DNA of 64,000 nucleotides from a virus. Within the stretch, counting starts at the first letter, position 1. The number at the start of each line of letters is the position of its first letter. This document shows, in pieces, positions 47,386-57,903 of this stretch. The DNA lies in IMG/VR virus record IMGVR_UViG_3300012984_000001, positions 11,695 to 75,694 of that record; one strand, written 5' to 3'. Under the pieces are notes generated by a model. That model worked only from the letters and a program-made list of their open reading frames with translations, was not told the DNA's origin and ran no database searches. The translations under genes were made by a program, and so were the position numbers.

Positions 47386-47982
47386 ATGATTGCAATGCAT
47401 GACAGATTCATCATAACTCCTCTGAATGATGAAAAATTTATTACTGAAAAACAAATTGGTGATAGAAAAATGATAATAAACACTTCTATTGAACACGCTG
47501 AGGACGTGAATAGAATAGGAGTTATAGTTTCGTTACCACTAGATTATGATGGTGTAGCTATGGTTGGTGACCATGTAGTTGTACAGCATAATGTATTCAG
47601 AACTTATTTTGATGGTCAAGGATTGACTCGTGAATCTGATTCACATATTTATGATAACTTATTTCAAGTTATGCCAGAACTTATTTATTTAATAATAAGA
47701 GGCGAAGAGATAATTTCTGTAGATGATTATTGTTTTGTAAAACCAATTGTAGAAATGAAAAAATGGATTGGAGAAGTTGAAGTACAGCATCAAGGGTTCA
47801 TAAAATATTCTAATGATTATCTAAAATCTATAGGTATAGAATCTGGAAACAAAATTGCTTTTGAGACAGACTCGGAATATGAATTCAATATTCTAGGAGA
47901 GAAACTATACAGAATGAGAAACGAATGCATACTAGCTAAATTAAATAACGATGATAATTTGTTATTAGTCAATAATTCATAA
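47386..47982 (+). CDS. Tandem (double) GroES-like co-chaperonin
   Basis: Two GroES-like units: HDRFIITP...GVIVSLP...VGDHVVV and DDYCFVKP...GFIKY...GNKIAF...GEKLYRMRNECILA. Confidence 0.65.
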   Translation: MIAMHDRFIITPLNDEKFITEKQIGDRKMIINTSIEHAEDVNRIGVIVSLPLDYDGVAMVGDHVVVQHNVFRTYFDGQGLTRESDSHIYDNLFQVMPELIYLIIRGEEIISVDDYCFVKPIVEMKKWIGEVEVQHQGFIKYSNDYLKSIGIESGNKIAFETDSEYEFNILGEKLYRMRNECILAKLNNDDNLLLVNNS

Positions 47983-48011
47983 ATTTGAATAAATTTAAAA
48001 CATAAACAATT

Positions 48012-48545
48012 ATGCCAACTCCAAAATATATTTTTACCGCATCAAATGGACAATTAAATGTTGTTTTAGATAATACTGGGAATGTTTTTGCTCAAAATCA
48101 AAGTTTTGAATATCGTTCAGCCTCTGCGGATTTGTATGATACAAAAAAAATATTATTGAGGGATTACGGAAATATTGTCATGGAATATGGGTTTCAAAAT
48201 ATTGGAACTATTGGGGGTGTAACGCCAACAGATATATCAAACGCATATGAATTAATTTTAGCGTTGATTCCCTCAGAGGGGGAAAATATTGTTCAGGATT
48301 TACAAAAAACAGGAACCACTAATATTGTTTTTAATGGAACAGATACAGTATTTAATATTCCTCATGGTTTGGGAGTTTTGCCCGGCTCTTTTAGTATTTC
48401 TTTTGGAGATGCAAGTAATCTGAATTTCGTACAATCTCATAGGAGTTTGACAAGTACAAACATTGTAATAGAATGCGACAGTCCTCCAGTAGCAGGAGAG
48501 CAGGATGTGTTTTGGCAAGTATGGAAAAACAACGATTCAATTTAA
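48012..48545 (+). CDS. Putative virion structural protein
   Basis: C-terminal FNIPHGLGVLP...VFWQV tail-fibre-type domain. Confidence 0.6.
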   Translation: MPTPKYIFTASNGQLNVVLDNTGNVFAQNQSFEYRSASADLYDTKKILLRDYGNIVMEYGFQNIGTIGGVTPTDISNAYELILALIPSEGENIVQDLQKTGTTNIVFNGTDTVFNIPHGLGVLPGSFSISFGDASNLNFVQSHRSLTSTNIVIECDSPPVAGEQDVFWQVWKNNDSI

Positions 48546-48553
48546 AAAAAGCC

Positions 48554-49777
48554 ATGAAAAAAATATTTTTACTTTTATTATTAGCCCAATCGATAGTTTA
48601 TTCTCAGTACCGTGGAACGCGTCAAAATGGGTCTGCTGTAAGGACAGAAGATTATGTTACAAATAGTCCTGGAAATTCCATTTCTAACAGCAAATTGATT
48701 GCGTATTATAAAGATAGTACTGCAATTGCATTTAATTATCCATCCGTTCAATTTTGGAATTTCAAAAATAATCGAAATGATGGAAATCCAACTAGCATAT
48801 TATGGGTTGATAATGATGGATATATGAAAAGGTCTCCAATTCCTGCATTTATTACTACTGAAACTGACCCTGTTTGGAATTTAGAAAAGGTTAATTATTA
48901 TGATAAAACCGCTTCTGATGCTAGGTATCTGCAATGTTTTATAGAGTCAGACCCTATATGGAGCTCAGTAGCTCCTTCATATAGAACTCATGCGCAAAAT
49001 TTATTATTATTTGAACCTATATTTATTAAGAATACAGCGTTTAATAAAAACTTTGGAACAGCATCTGGAGATGTGGCGCAAGGTAATGACAGCAGAATTA
49101 ATAATGGACAAACTGCTTTTGGCTGGGGCAATCATGCGTTAGTTGGGTATTTATTGGCTAGTGTTGCTGCAAGCACTTATCAGCCTATTGGTAATTATGT
49201 GAATACAAGTAGAACCATAACTATTAATGGAGTTACTTTTGATTTATCCGCAAATAGAACATTTTCTGTCGGAACAGTAACAAGCGTTACTGCAGGAACC
49301 GGATTGTCAGGAGGAACAATTACAAGTTCTGGAACTATTTCAATTCCAAATAGCGGTGTAACAGCAGGAACTTATGAATATATTACGGTAAATAGTTTAG
49401 GAATCGTTACAGCGGGATATAATTCTGTTATAAGTGATTTATCTGCAAGAACTAGCGGAACAGCATATCAAGCATCAAATACAAGTAGAATATATGATTT
49501 AGATTTTACCATTACAATAAATATAGGAGCTGGTTTGATTAGCGCGTCAGATGCACAGGTAGTTTTGGAAACATCAGCCAATGGAACTACAGGCTGGAGC
49601 GAGTATGCTAGGTCAAGAAATGCAAATGCAGGAGTTTTGGCAGCTCAAAATATTCAAACAGCATATATTGAAGCTAAATCTATTCCGGCTGGATATTACT
49701 ACAGATTAGTTTATACAAATACATCAGGAACAACATCTTGGACTTACGTAAAAGGACATGAAATATTAAGAAGATAA
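48554..49777 (+). CDS. Tail-fibre-like protein with N-terminal signal-peptide-like sequence
   Basis: MKKIFLLLLLAQSIVYSQ; ETDP repeats, GWGNHA, GTVTSVTAGTGLSGGTITSSGTI fibre motifs; start ATG at 48554. Confidence 0.7.
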   Translation: MKKIFLLLLLAQSIVYSQYRGTRQNGSAVRTEDYVTNSPGNSISNSKLIAYYKDSTAIAFNYPSVQFWNFKNNRNDGNPTSILWVDNDGYMKRSPIPAFITTETDPVWNLEKVNYYDKTASDARYLQCFIESDPIWSSVAPSYRTHAQNLLLFEPIFIKNTAFNKNFGTASGDVAQGNDSRINNGQTAFGWGNHALVGYLLASVAASTYQPIGNYVNTSRTITINGVTFDLSANRTFSVGTVTSVTAGTGLSGGTITSSGTISIPNSGVTAGTYEYITVNSLGIVTAGYNSVISDLSARTSGTAYQASNTSRIYDLDFTITINIGAGLISASDAQVVLETSANGTTGWSEYARSRNANAGVLAAQNIQTAYIEAKSIPAGYYYRLVYTNTSGTTSWTYVKGHEILRR

Positions 49778-49785
49778 TACAATAA

Positions 49786-52443
49786 ATGCGAGGACTTAGC
49801 GAAGAAATAGAATCTGCCATTCAGAATGCACTGACAGGAATGACAAAGGGAGTTGACCTTTCTGAGTTCAGTGATGAAAAACTGTCTAGTTTGGTTAAAT
49901 CCCGTATTGATTCTTTTTCCGCGATTAAAGAACTTTTGGTTACATGGCAAAACTCGCCAAATTGTCCAAGTCATGAAAAATTCAAAGATTATGTTGTGAG
50001 ATTAGTAGAGGCCGGAGAAAACTCCGTTTCAGTGCTCAGAAAAGCTTTGACTAAGAAAATTGATTTTGAAGAGCTTGACATTGACAAATATGGTGGAGCA
50101 ATTCGTTCAAAACCAATAATTTTGAAAGCCATATCCGACATAACTACTGGAAACATTGAACTTAGAAATCAAATTGATGCTGACAAATTTGATTTACAAG
50201 AAAGAGAATTCAAAAGAGGTTATCCAGAAAAATTTGCAAACCAAGAGTTTTATCCATTAAAAAACTATCACAAAGAATGGTACGATAAAGAAACTGATAG
50301 TGTAATGATTTGTCCTTTGGGTACAAAGGGGGAGGTTATTACTCTCGATGGATTAAATATCATGCTACCTAAAAAACCGAAAAGAAAAGATATTCTTTTT
50401 GAAAAATACGCAAAAGAAGACCAATATTGGAGAAGAACAGAACTTCCAAAAGGACTTACTCCTGATACGCAAGATGCTTTTACAGCATTCATAATGCAGG
50501 AATTCAAACGCAGAAGAGAAGGCGTTTGGTTTATGAATAATGGAGAAGCTGTGTATTTGACGGGTTCACATTATTTTGCGTTAAATTGGTGCATTCTTAA
50601 AGATGAAAGGTTTGTTGGGTATATGGGTTACAGAGAGGCTCAAAAACTAATGTTTTATCACACGGAGGCTTGTGTGTTAGATCAAAGATGTATTGGTCAA
50701 TTTTTTGTTAAGTCAAGAAGAACCGGATATACTTATGAAAAATTGTTCAGAATGCTTAATGAGTTTACTTCTACAAATAAAGCCAATTTTGGACTTACAT
50801 CTAAATCAGACGAAGATGCTAAAAAAGCATTTAAAAAACTATCTTACGCATTTCTTAACCTACCGTTCTTCTTTCGACCAATTGTAAAAGGAAAAGAAGA
50901 TAGTGATGTTAGGTTGGAATTTGCAAAACCTTCTAATAATTCTAATGCTTCTAAAAAAAATAGGGATACCAGCACCAAAGATTATCTTAACTCTACTTTT
51001 GATTATGAGCCAACCAAAGAAGATGCTTATGACGGTCAAGCAATGTTTAGATATTTGGCTGACGAGGCTTCTAAATGGAAAAGAGGATTGAATTTCCTAA
51101 AACACTGGGGAGAGGTTGCGCCTACAATGGATGAGGGAGGAGATATTGTTGGAAAAGCATTTGTCGGCTCTACTGTTGCCGCAATGAAGGACGGTGGAGA
51201 AGCATTTCTAAGCCTGCATGCACAATCTCAAATAAAATTAAGAGATAAAATTACAGAAAGAACACCTAGTGGATTATATTCATATTTTCTTCCAGCACAT
51301 AAAAACATGGCTGATTATACGGACAAATACGGAGTATGTCATGAAGTTTTAGAACCAGGAGAAAGTTTTGTAAACACAAAAGGAAAAGTTAAAACTATTG
51401 GTGCGGTTCAATTCTTGAATGCAAGAAGAGCTGCCAAAAAGAAGGAAAGTGATATTGAGTACAATAATGAACTTAGGGCATTTCCAATGACTCTAAAGGA
51501 TGCATTTAGAGATGAAATAACTTCAACAATATTTAATATTGAAAAAATAAACGAACAATTAGATTACAATGAGTTATATGATGTTAGAAAAACTTTAGTT
51601 AGAGGAAATTTTTCATGGGAAAATAATATTCCTGATACTAGGGTAATATGGACTCCAACCGAAAAAGGTCGATTTTTAGTGGCTTGGATACCTCCAGCGG
51701 AAATGCAAAATAAATGGATTGAAAAAAGAAATGAATTTGGACTTGTTTGTAAGCACCCTCAAAATGACGATATAGGAGCTTTTGGAGTAGATACTTATGA
51801 CCAAGATTCTACGCAAGGAAGTAAATTAGAGAATACTGAAAACGGATCGGAATACAATGGTGGTTCTAAAGGAGCGATGCTAGGACTTACTGGCACTAGC
51901 TTAAAAGATGTTCCTAATAATTTTTTCTTTCTTGAATATATAACAAGGCCACAAACTGCGGAAATATTTTTTGAAGATTGCTTAATGGCTTGTGTTTTTT
52001 ATGGAATGCCAGCGCTTATTGAGAGTAATAAGATACGATTTCTTCTTCATTTTAGAAATAGAGGATATAGAGGTTATTCCATAAATCGTTTTGATAAGGC
52101 AATGAGTAAATTAACTCAGACTGAAAGAGATTTGGGAGGAATTCCAAGTGCTGGAGATGAAAATATTACTGCTCACTGGACAGGAATAGAAAGTTATATT
52201 GATAAATACGTAGGATATTATCAACAAGGACAAAATACTTTTGCTATTAGAGAGGAAGGAGAAATGGGAAGTATGCCGTTTGACAGAACTTTGCGAGACT
52301 GGTCGCAGTTTAATGTCGCAAAAAGAACTAACTTTGATGCAACTATTGCTTCTGGTTATGCTGTAATGGCTGTAAACAGAAGGCCATATATGGCTCCGGC
52401 AACACAAAAAAAAGCTGTAGATATAAAATTCGCAACATACTAG
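49786..52443 (+). CDS. terL: Terminase large subunit with N-terminal helical extension
   Basis: Walker A KSRRTGYT, Walker B YLADEASKW, nuclease GVDTYD, LIESN, FDATIASG. Confidence 0.9.
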   Translation: MRGLSEEIESAIQNALTGMTKGVDLSEFSDEKLSSLVKSRIDSFSAIKELLVTWQNSPNCPSHEKFKDYVVRLVEAGENSVSVLRKALTKKIDFEELDIDKYGGAIRSKPIILKAISDITTGNIELRNQIDADKFDLQEREFKRGYPEKFANQEFYPLKNYHKEWYDKETDSVMICPLGTKGEVITLDGLNIMLPKKPKRKDILFEKYAKEDQYWRRTELPKGLTPDTQDAFTAFIMQEFKRRREGVWFMNNGEAVYLTGSHYFALNWCILKDERFVGYMGYREAQKLMFYHTEACVLDQRCIGQFFVKSRRTGYTYEKLFRMLNEFTSTNKANFGLTSKSDEDAKKAFKKLSYAFLNLPFFFRPIVKGKEDSDVRLEFAKPSNNSNASKKNRDTSTKDYLNSTFDYEPTKEDAYDGQAMFRYLADEASKWKRGLNFLKHWGEVAPTMDEGGDIVGKAFVGSTVAAMKDGGEAFLSLHAQSQIKLRDKITERTPSGLYSYFLPAHKNMADYTDKYGVCHEVLEPGESFVNTKGKVKTIGAVQFLNARRAAKKKESDIEYNNELRAFPMTLKDAFRDEITSTIFNIEKINEQLDYNELYDVRKTLVRGNFSWENNIPDTRVIWTPTEKGRFLVAWIPPAEMQNKWIEKRNEFGLVCKHPQNDDIGAFGVDTYDQDSTQGSKLENTENGSEYNGGSKGAMLGLTGTSLKDVPNNFFFLEYITRPQTAEIFFEDCLMACVFYGMPALIESNKIRFLLHFRNRGYRGYSINRFDKAMSKLTQTERDLGGIPSAGDENITAHWTGIESYIDKYVGYYQQGQNTFAIREEGEMGSMPFDRTLRDWSQFNVAKRTNFDATIASGYAVMAVNRRPYMAPATQKKAVDIKFATY

Positions 52444-52449
52444 AATATC

Positions 52450-54876
52450 ATGACTGAACAAAGTAAATTTAAAATATCGCAAAATATTCAAAACCCTAGT
52501 CAATTAGACAGTTTTGAAAAAAAATCTAGTTTGGCTTTTGGAAAGTCTGTTGGAGACATGATTTATTCGGAATGGTTCTACAGAGGAACTGGAAGATGTA
52601 GGTTTTATAATAACCGTGCTGAATTCTTTGAAAACAGAATTTATGCGAACGGTAAAGTTCCTATGGAAAAGTATTACGGACGATTAGGAACCAACGGAGA
52701 TGTTTCACTTCTTAATCTAAGCAAAAGGTCTATTTCTACAATACCAAAACTTGTTGATTTGGTAGTTAATGGTATGGTTAATCGCCCATATTCTGTAGTA
52801 GCAAAAGCAATTGACCCAGTTTCTGTAGATGAAAAAAGGTCTTACAGAAGAAAAATAGAGAACGAACAACTCGCAGGACCTATTATTCAAAAAATCCAAG
52901 CGGAAACCGGAATAGATACAAGCGAAATCCCTATGGATGAACTTCCTCAAACAAAAGAGGAGTTAGATATTCACATGCAGATGGAATGGAAACCGTCAAA
53001 TTGCCTTTCAAACGAACTGGCTATTGCGGCGGTAATGAGCGAGAACGAATATAACTTGGTTATTGACAGACAAATCAAGCGAGATTTGGTTGTTGATGGA
53101 ATTGGGTGGAACAGAACAAGATTAAATCCAGCCAAAGGAATTATTATTGAGCGTATAGACCCCGCGGATATGGTGTACTCATATACAAGAGACCCATATT
53201 TCAAAGATTGTGTTTACAAAGGCCATGTAAAAAGTGTATTGATAAGTGATATTTTTGTTGAATATCCAGACTTAATGAAGCCGGAAAACAAAGAAGTACG
53301 TGAAGAAATATTTCAGTCAGGGTCTAATTGGGGAAATTATCATAATTTATCTAATTCAGATATATTAAAAGGTACTGCTACACTTCTTTATTACACATAT
53401 AAAACTTTCAGAGAAAGAGCCTCTAAAGTAAAGAAAAAAGCAAATGGAGAAACCATTATAGATGATGCTGATGAAATTTTCGACCCATCAAAACAAAACA
53501 AAAAAGACAAATATATCAGAAACTCTGTTGTTGAAGAAGTATTATTTGAAGGAGTTATGGTTTTGGGTACAAATATTCTCTTAAAATGGGAATTGTCTAA
53601 ATCAATGATTCGTCCAAAATCGAATAATAAAAAAGTTTGTGAGCAGTATAATGGTGTGGCTCCAAATTTTCAAGATGGAGTAATCATAAGCTTGGTTTCA
53701 AGAATGAAGCCTATCGAGGATGAAATAAATGTTTTGGAATTAAAGGCACAACAAATAATACAGGGAATTACTCCAGATGGTATCGCGATTGATGTTGATG
53801 CATTAGCCGAAGTTGATTTAGGAGATGGTAAAACACAAACTGTTCAGCAAGCACTAAATATGTACTTAATGAAAGGTAGTTATCTTTACAGGTCTTCTAC
53901 CATTGGAGGAGAGTATAATAATTCCCAAAAGCCATTCCAAGAAGTTCAGACAGGAGACAGTATAAACAAACTGACCGCTCTTAGAAATGAAAGCAACATA
54001 AAAGCGACTCAATTGACAGATGTTGTTGGAATGAATCAAGCGAGTGATGCAACAAATCCAGATAGAGATAGTCTTGTTGGCATTCAAAAAATGCTTGCAT
54101 ACAACTCTAATTTAGCTACAAGGCATATTTTGGATGGAGCAGGATATTTAGTGCTTAAAGCAGGAGAAACATCAAGCTACGCTATTTCAGACATTCTTAA
54201 ATATTATCCAAGTTTGAGAGAAGATTTGGTGCAAAAAATTGGTGCTAATGGCGTTGAAGACTTGGATATTGTACGCGACCTTCATTTAAGCGATTTCGCT
54301 ATTTTCTTCGAACTAGAAATGGATGATGAAGAAAGAGCGGAACTTAACGCAGATATGTCTGTGGCAGTAGAAAAAGGATACATCGGATTAGAGGACAAAT
54401 ATAAAGTACGAAACATCAAAGTTCTTAACTTGGCTATTCAATATTTGTCAGTTCTTATTAAGAAACGAGCAAAACTAGAAGAAGAAAAAGAAGCTAATAA
54501 ATTCAAACTTCAAGCAGACGAAAATATTCGTGCAGCAAAAGAATCAGAAGCAGCTAAACAACAAACCGCTGAAATTCAAGCAGGATTTGATTTACAGAAA
54601 CAGGAAGCCGTTTCTGCAGGAGAAATTGAAAAAGAGAAAGAACGTGGAAATCAAGATAGGCTTACAGAGCAGTTAAAAGGGCAAAACAAAATAGAATTGC
54701 AATATGTAGCAAATTCTGGTGCAACTGAAAAATTAGAAAAGATGGAAATGGCTAAAAAAGATAATCTAGCTCAGCAAGCCACTCAAAAATCATATATTGA
54801 CGACCAGAAAGCAAAAGGTAAAGACCCTATTGATTTTGAAGCAAAAAATAAAGACGAAGAAGTATTTCAAGCATAA
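52450..54876 (+). CDS. Portal protein
   Basis: 808 aa directly after terL; IPKLVDLVVNGM, RIDPADMVYSYT, C-terminal coiled coil (crAss-like portal size). Confidence 0.85.
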   Translation: MTEQSKFKISQNIQNPSQLDSFEKKSSLAFGKSVGDMIYSEWFYRGTGRCRFYNNRAEFFENRIYANGKVPMEKYYGRLGTNGDVSLLNLSKRSISTIPKLVDLVVNGMVNRPYSVVAKAIDPVSVDEKRSYRRKIENEQLAGPIIQKIQAETGIDTSEIPMDELPQTKEELDIHMQMEWKPSNCLSNELAIAAVMSENEYNLVIDRQIKRDLVVDGIGWNRTRLNPAKGIIIERIDPADMVYSYTRDPYFKDCVYKGHVKSVLISDIFVEYPDLMKPENKEVREEIFQSGSNWGNYHNLSNSDILKGTATLLYYTYKTFRERASKVKKKANGETIIDDADEIFDPSKQNKKDKYIRNSVVEEVLFEGVMVLGTNILLKWELSKSMIRPKSNNKKVCEQYNGVAPNFQDGVIISLVSRMKPIEDEINVLELKAQQIIQGITPDGIAIDVDALAEVDLGDGKTQTVQQALNMYLMKGSYLYRSSTIGGEYNNSQKPFQEVQTGDSINKLTALRNESNIKATQLTDVVGMNQASDATNPDRDSLVGIQKMLAYNSNLATRHILDGAGYLVLKAGETSSYAISDILKYYPSLREDLVQKIGANGVEDLDIVRDLHLSDFAIFFELEMDDEERAELNADMSVAVEKGYIGLEDKYKVRNIKVLNLAIQYLSVLIKKRAKLEEEKEANKFKLQADENIRAAKESEAAKQQTAEIQAGFDLQKQEAVSAGEIEKEKERGNQDRLTEQLKGQNKIELQYVANSGATEKLEKMEMAKKDNLAQQATQKSYIDDQKAKGKDPIDFEAKNKDEEVFQA

Positions 54877-54900
54877 TTAATAACTATAAAACTCACTAAA

Positions 54901-55215
54901 ATGCCAGACGCTAAAAAAACAATGATTAAAATGCCAAAAAGACTTTTGTCAGATACAGAAATTGAAACAGCCCGTGGAAACAAGGCTGAAATTATCAAAT
55001 CCAAAAAAACTTCGGACACAATCCCTAGAGCAATGGGTAAGATTGTAAATATTCAGTCGGGAGTAACCGGAAAAGGAACAAAGGGAAGAACTGGATATAG
55101 AGTTCATTATGAAGGAGGCAAACATGAGGACATGGCTCCAGAAGGATTAGGACCATTTTCAAGAACAGCAGAATATCAAGAATACCGAAAAGGGTTGGCT
55201 TCCAAGAAAAAATAA
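54901..55215 (+). CDS. Small basic protein in the head module
   Basis: 104-aa K/R-rich ORF. Confidence 0.6.
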   Translation: MPDAKKTMIKMPKRLLSDTEIETARGNKAEIIKSKKTSDTIPRAMGKIVNIQSGVTGKGTKGRTGYRVHYEGGKHEDMAPEGLGPFSRTAEYQEYRKGLASKKK

Positions 55216-55231
55216 AACTATCAAGTAACAA

Positions 55232-55275
55232 ATAAACGACAACAAACGTTTGTAAACGTTTATTTGTTACTTTTG
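55232..55275 (+). promoter_or_regulatory. Class B (late) promoter
   Basis: ATAAACGACAACAAACGTTTGTAA (identical at 62961-62984) followed by TACTTTTG. Confidence 0.7.
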
Positions 55276-55305
55276 TATTAGTCAAATTAAATTAAATCAA
55301 AAACA

Positions 55306-56460
55306 ATGTCAACAGAAGCAACAAACGAAGAAGGAACAAATATTCCAGAAGAACAAAATTTGCCAACACCTAGCTTTACTTTTACACAAGAGCCAAGTGC
55401 TGGATATGTTCCTGCAGAAGAAACTGCTCCAGTAACAACTCAGCAGGAAGAACAAAATCTTCCAGCAAAGACAGAAGAGCAGGAAGAATGGGTAGATGCA
55501 AGTTTGGATGATTTGCCTGATTTCGAAAATGATGATTACATCTTAGTAGAAGCAGATGAAGAAATGGCTTTTAGGCTATTAAAAGACAAAAAAGGACTTG
55601 AAGTTGATAAATTCGAGGATTTATTGACTCCTAAAGAACAAAAAAAATATGCTCCAGAAATGGAGAAGTTTAATGAGTTCATTGAAAAGACAGGAAACAA
55701 AAACTTCAACGATTTCTTGGAAACGCAAAAAGATTGGCGTGCCGAAGAAAAAGATGCGGTTTTGAAAAGTTATATGAAAGCATCTAATCCTGATTTATCA
55801 GAAAAAGAACTAAACTACTTGTTCAACAAAAAATACAATGTAGATGGTCTTGATGAAGAAGAGGACGAAGATGAAATTTTTGACAAAGGAATTAATGCCA
55901 AAACTGATTTGCAAAAAGCTTATGAGTTTTTCGACAAACGAAAAGAAGAATTTAAAAGCGTTGGAGGTTCCGACGAATACATTCCGATTGAGTACCGAGA
56001 AGCAAAAAAGCATTTTGATAATCACCAACAATTAGAAAAAGAAGCACAAGAAGAGTGGGATTTCAAAAGAAATGACTTCGTAAAGAAAACTGAATCTTTT
56101 TTCGATAGTGGTTTTGAAGGTTTCAAAATGCAACTAGGGGATGAAAAGACAGGATTTGAAGAGTTTGTCGTAAAACCGGAAAACTTAAGCGAAGTAAAAC
56201 AATCTCAATTGGACTCAACAATTTTTGACAGCCAATTTTTCGACCCAAAAACAGGAGAATTAATTAAGCCTAGAGAGTATCACGAAAGTCGATATTTCGC
56301 TCAAAATTACAAAGAAATGCTGAATCAAGCTTACGCTAGAGGAAGAGCCAAAGAACTTGAAATCCAAGACAAGGCTTCCAAAAATATTCAGCCAAACAAT
56401 GTTAGAGCAGTAAACCCATCAATTCAACAAGGAATAACGTTTACTATAGAAAAGCCTTAA
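55306..56460 (+). CDS. Acidic scaffolding-like protein
   Basis: Highly acidic and helical; immediately upstream of the capsid gene. Confidence 0.65.
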   Translation: MSTEATNEEGTNIPEEQNLPTPSFTFTQEPSAGYVPAEETAPVTTQQEEQNLPAKTEEQEEWVDASLDDLPDFENDDYILVEADEEMAFRLLKDKKGLEVDKFEDLLTPKEQKKYAPEMEKFNEFIEKTGNKNFNDFLETQKDWRAEEKDAVLKSYMKASNPDLSEKELNYLFNKKYNVDGLDEEEDEDEIFDKGINAKTDLQKAYEFFDKRKEEFKSVGGSDEYIPIEYREAKKHFDNHQQLEKEAQEEWDFKRNDFVKKTESFFDSGFEGFKMQLGDEKTGFEEFVVKPENLSEVKQSQLDSTIFDSQFFDPKTGELIKPREYHESRYFAQNYKEMLNQAYARGRAKELEIQDKASKNIQPNNVRAVNPSIQQGITFTIEKP

Positions 56461-56506
56461 GTTCTCATGTTTTAAAAAGATACTAATTTAAAACACAAAA
56501 ACAAAA

Positions 56507-57853
56507 ATGGGAGCAATAGCAGCATCACCGGCCGTACGATATACGCCAAGCGCGACAAAAGTACCAACGCCACAAAATTATTTAGATTTGACAGATATTA
56601 CTTATCTGACACATCAGTTACCTGATTTGGACAAAACTATCCATGAAAGATATGGAAGCCAAATGATCGATACATTCTTCGAAAGAACAGGAAGAAAAAT
56701 CCCTTACGCGAGTGATGTTATCACATGGACAGAAGAAGACCGTTTAACTCAACTTGCAACTGGTGTTGCACGTACAGGAGACGTATTCACATTAGCTGAC
56801 CATACTTTCAGAGCAGGAGAGGTTATCCAGGCTTTCTTGCCTGATGGTTCTGTTTCTATCCAAGGTAGAATCGCTTCTACTACATCTACAACATTTACTG
56901 CTATTTGCGGTAGTGCGGCAGGATGGACAGCTTTGGGAGCAACAGGAATCTCAGTTTTCGCAGATATTTCAGAGTTCCAAAAAGGTTCTGCAGGAATGCA
57001 AGAGTCATTGAACACTAAGTATCAACAATACACAACTCGTGGAACTATCACTAAAGAGATGGCAAACGAGAACCGTACAAACATGACTCAAATCTCATGG
57101 TTGAAAATGTCTAACACAGCAACTGGAGAAGATATTGGATATGTTTGGTATGATGTAAACAAATACATGGCCGAAAAACGTTTCAGAAACAAAAGAGAAT
57201 CTGCAAACTTCAACTCTAAAGAATGGGATTCTGGTTCTGCATTATATGCTGCCGGATATAAAGGTAGAGAAGGTATGCTTGCGTCTTTTGCACAAGGAAA
57301 CATCTTTGCTGGAACTATCTCAGATAATACATCTGTAAGAAGCTTAATCAATCGTTTGGAAAAACAAGGGCAAATCAGAAACAACATCATCTACGCTACT
57401 ACAGATTTCTGTATGAGTATCGATGATTACTTGTCTAGCCGTTCTTCTGCAACCGGATTAAACTACGGTTCGTTCAACAACGACAAAAACATGGCCCTAG
57501 ATTTATCTTTCGAAGGATTTACAATGGGAGGTTACGAGTTCAACTACTCTCGTTTGAGATATTTGACTGAAACTACTGCACAAGGTGCATTAACTGGAAT
57601 CAGCAAAACTAACGGATTCCTTATCCCTTCTGCATCTCAATCAGTAGTGGACCCAATGGAAGGAAAACCATCAGTACGTCCGATGATTCACGTGCGTAAC
57701 AGACAATACGGGTCGCTTAACCGTGACTACGAGATGGTAGTACGTAATTGGTCCGACGGAACGAGCGTTACAGATACTGTGACAACTGAATGGCAGTCAG
57801 AACAGGCCGTATGTGTCATAGGCCGCGCGAATTGTGTTCTTTTTAAAGGGTAA
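56507..57853 (+). CDS. Major capsid protein
   Basis: 448 aa after portal and scaffold; strongly biased codons; followed by a terminator; PDL...ERYG...F......SDVITWTEE.RL pattern. Confidence 0.8.
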   Translation: MGAIAASPAVRYTPSATKVPTPQNYLDLTDITYLTHQLPDLDKTIHERYGSQMIDTFFERTGRKIPYASDVITWTEEDRLTQLATGVARTGDVFTLADHTFRAGEVIQAFLPDGSVSIQGRIASTTSTTFTAICGSAAGWTALGATGISVFADISEFQKGSAGMQESLNTKYQQYTTRGTITKEMANENRTNMTQISWLKMSNTATGEDIGYVWYDVNKYMAEKRFRNKRESANFNSKEWDSGSALYAAGYKGREGMLASFAQGNIFAGTISDNTSVRSLINRLEKQGQIRNNIIYATTDFCMSIDDYLSSRSSATGLNYGSFNNDKNMALDLSFEGFTMGGYEFNYSRLRYLTETTAQGALTGISKTNGFLIPSASQSVVDPMEGKPSVRPMIHVRNRQYGSLNRDYEMVVRNWSDGTSVTDTVTTEWQSEQAVCVIGRANCVLFKG

Positions 57854-57874
57854 GAAAAACCCTATATAAATATT

Positions 57875-57903
57875 AAAAGCCCGATTTTATTCGGGCTTTT
57901 TTT
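57875..57903 (+). terminator. Rho-independent terminator after the capsid gene (likely bidirectional)
   Basis: AAAAGCCCGA-TTTTAT-TCGGGCTTTTTTT. Confidence 0.85.

Noticed and set aside
41168-49777. Diversity-generating retroelement or invertible tail-fibre locus
   Set aside because: No reverse transcriptase, TR/VR pair or inverted-repeat-flanked cassettes seen.
49786-57853. Inteins or introns in terminase, portal or capsid
   Set aside because: The ORFs are continuous, with no C/S...HN splice motifs or LAGLIDADG inserts recognised.
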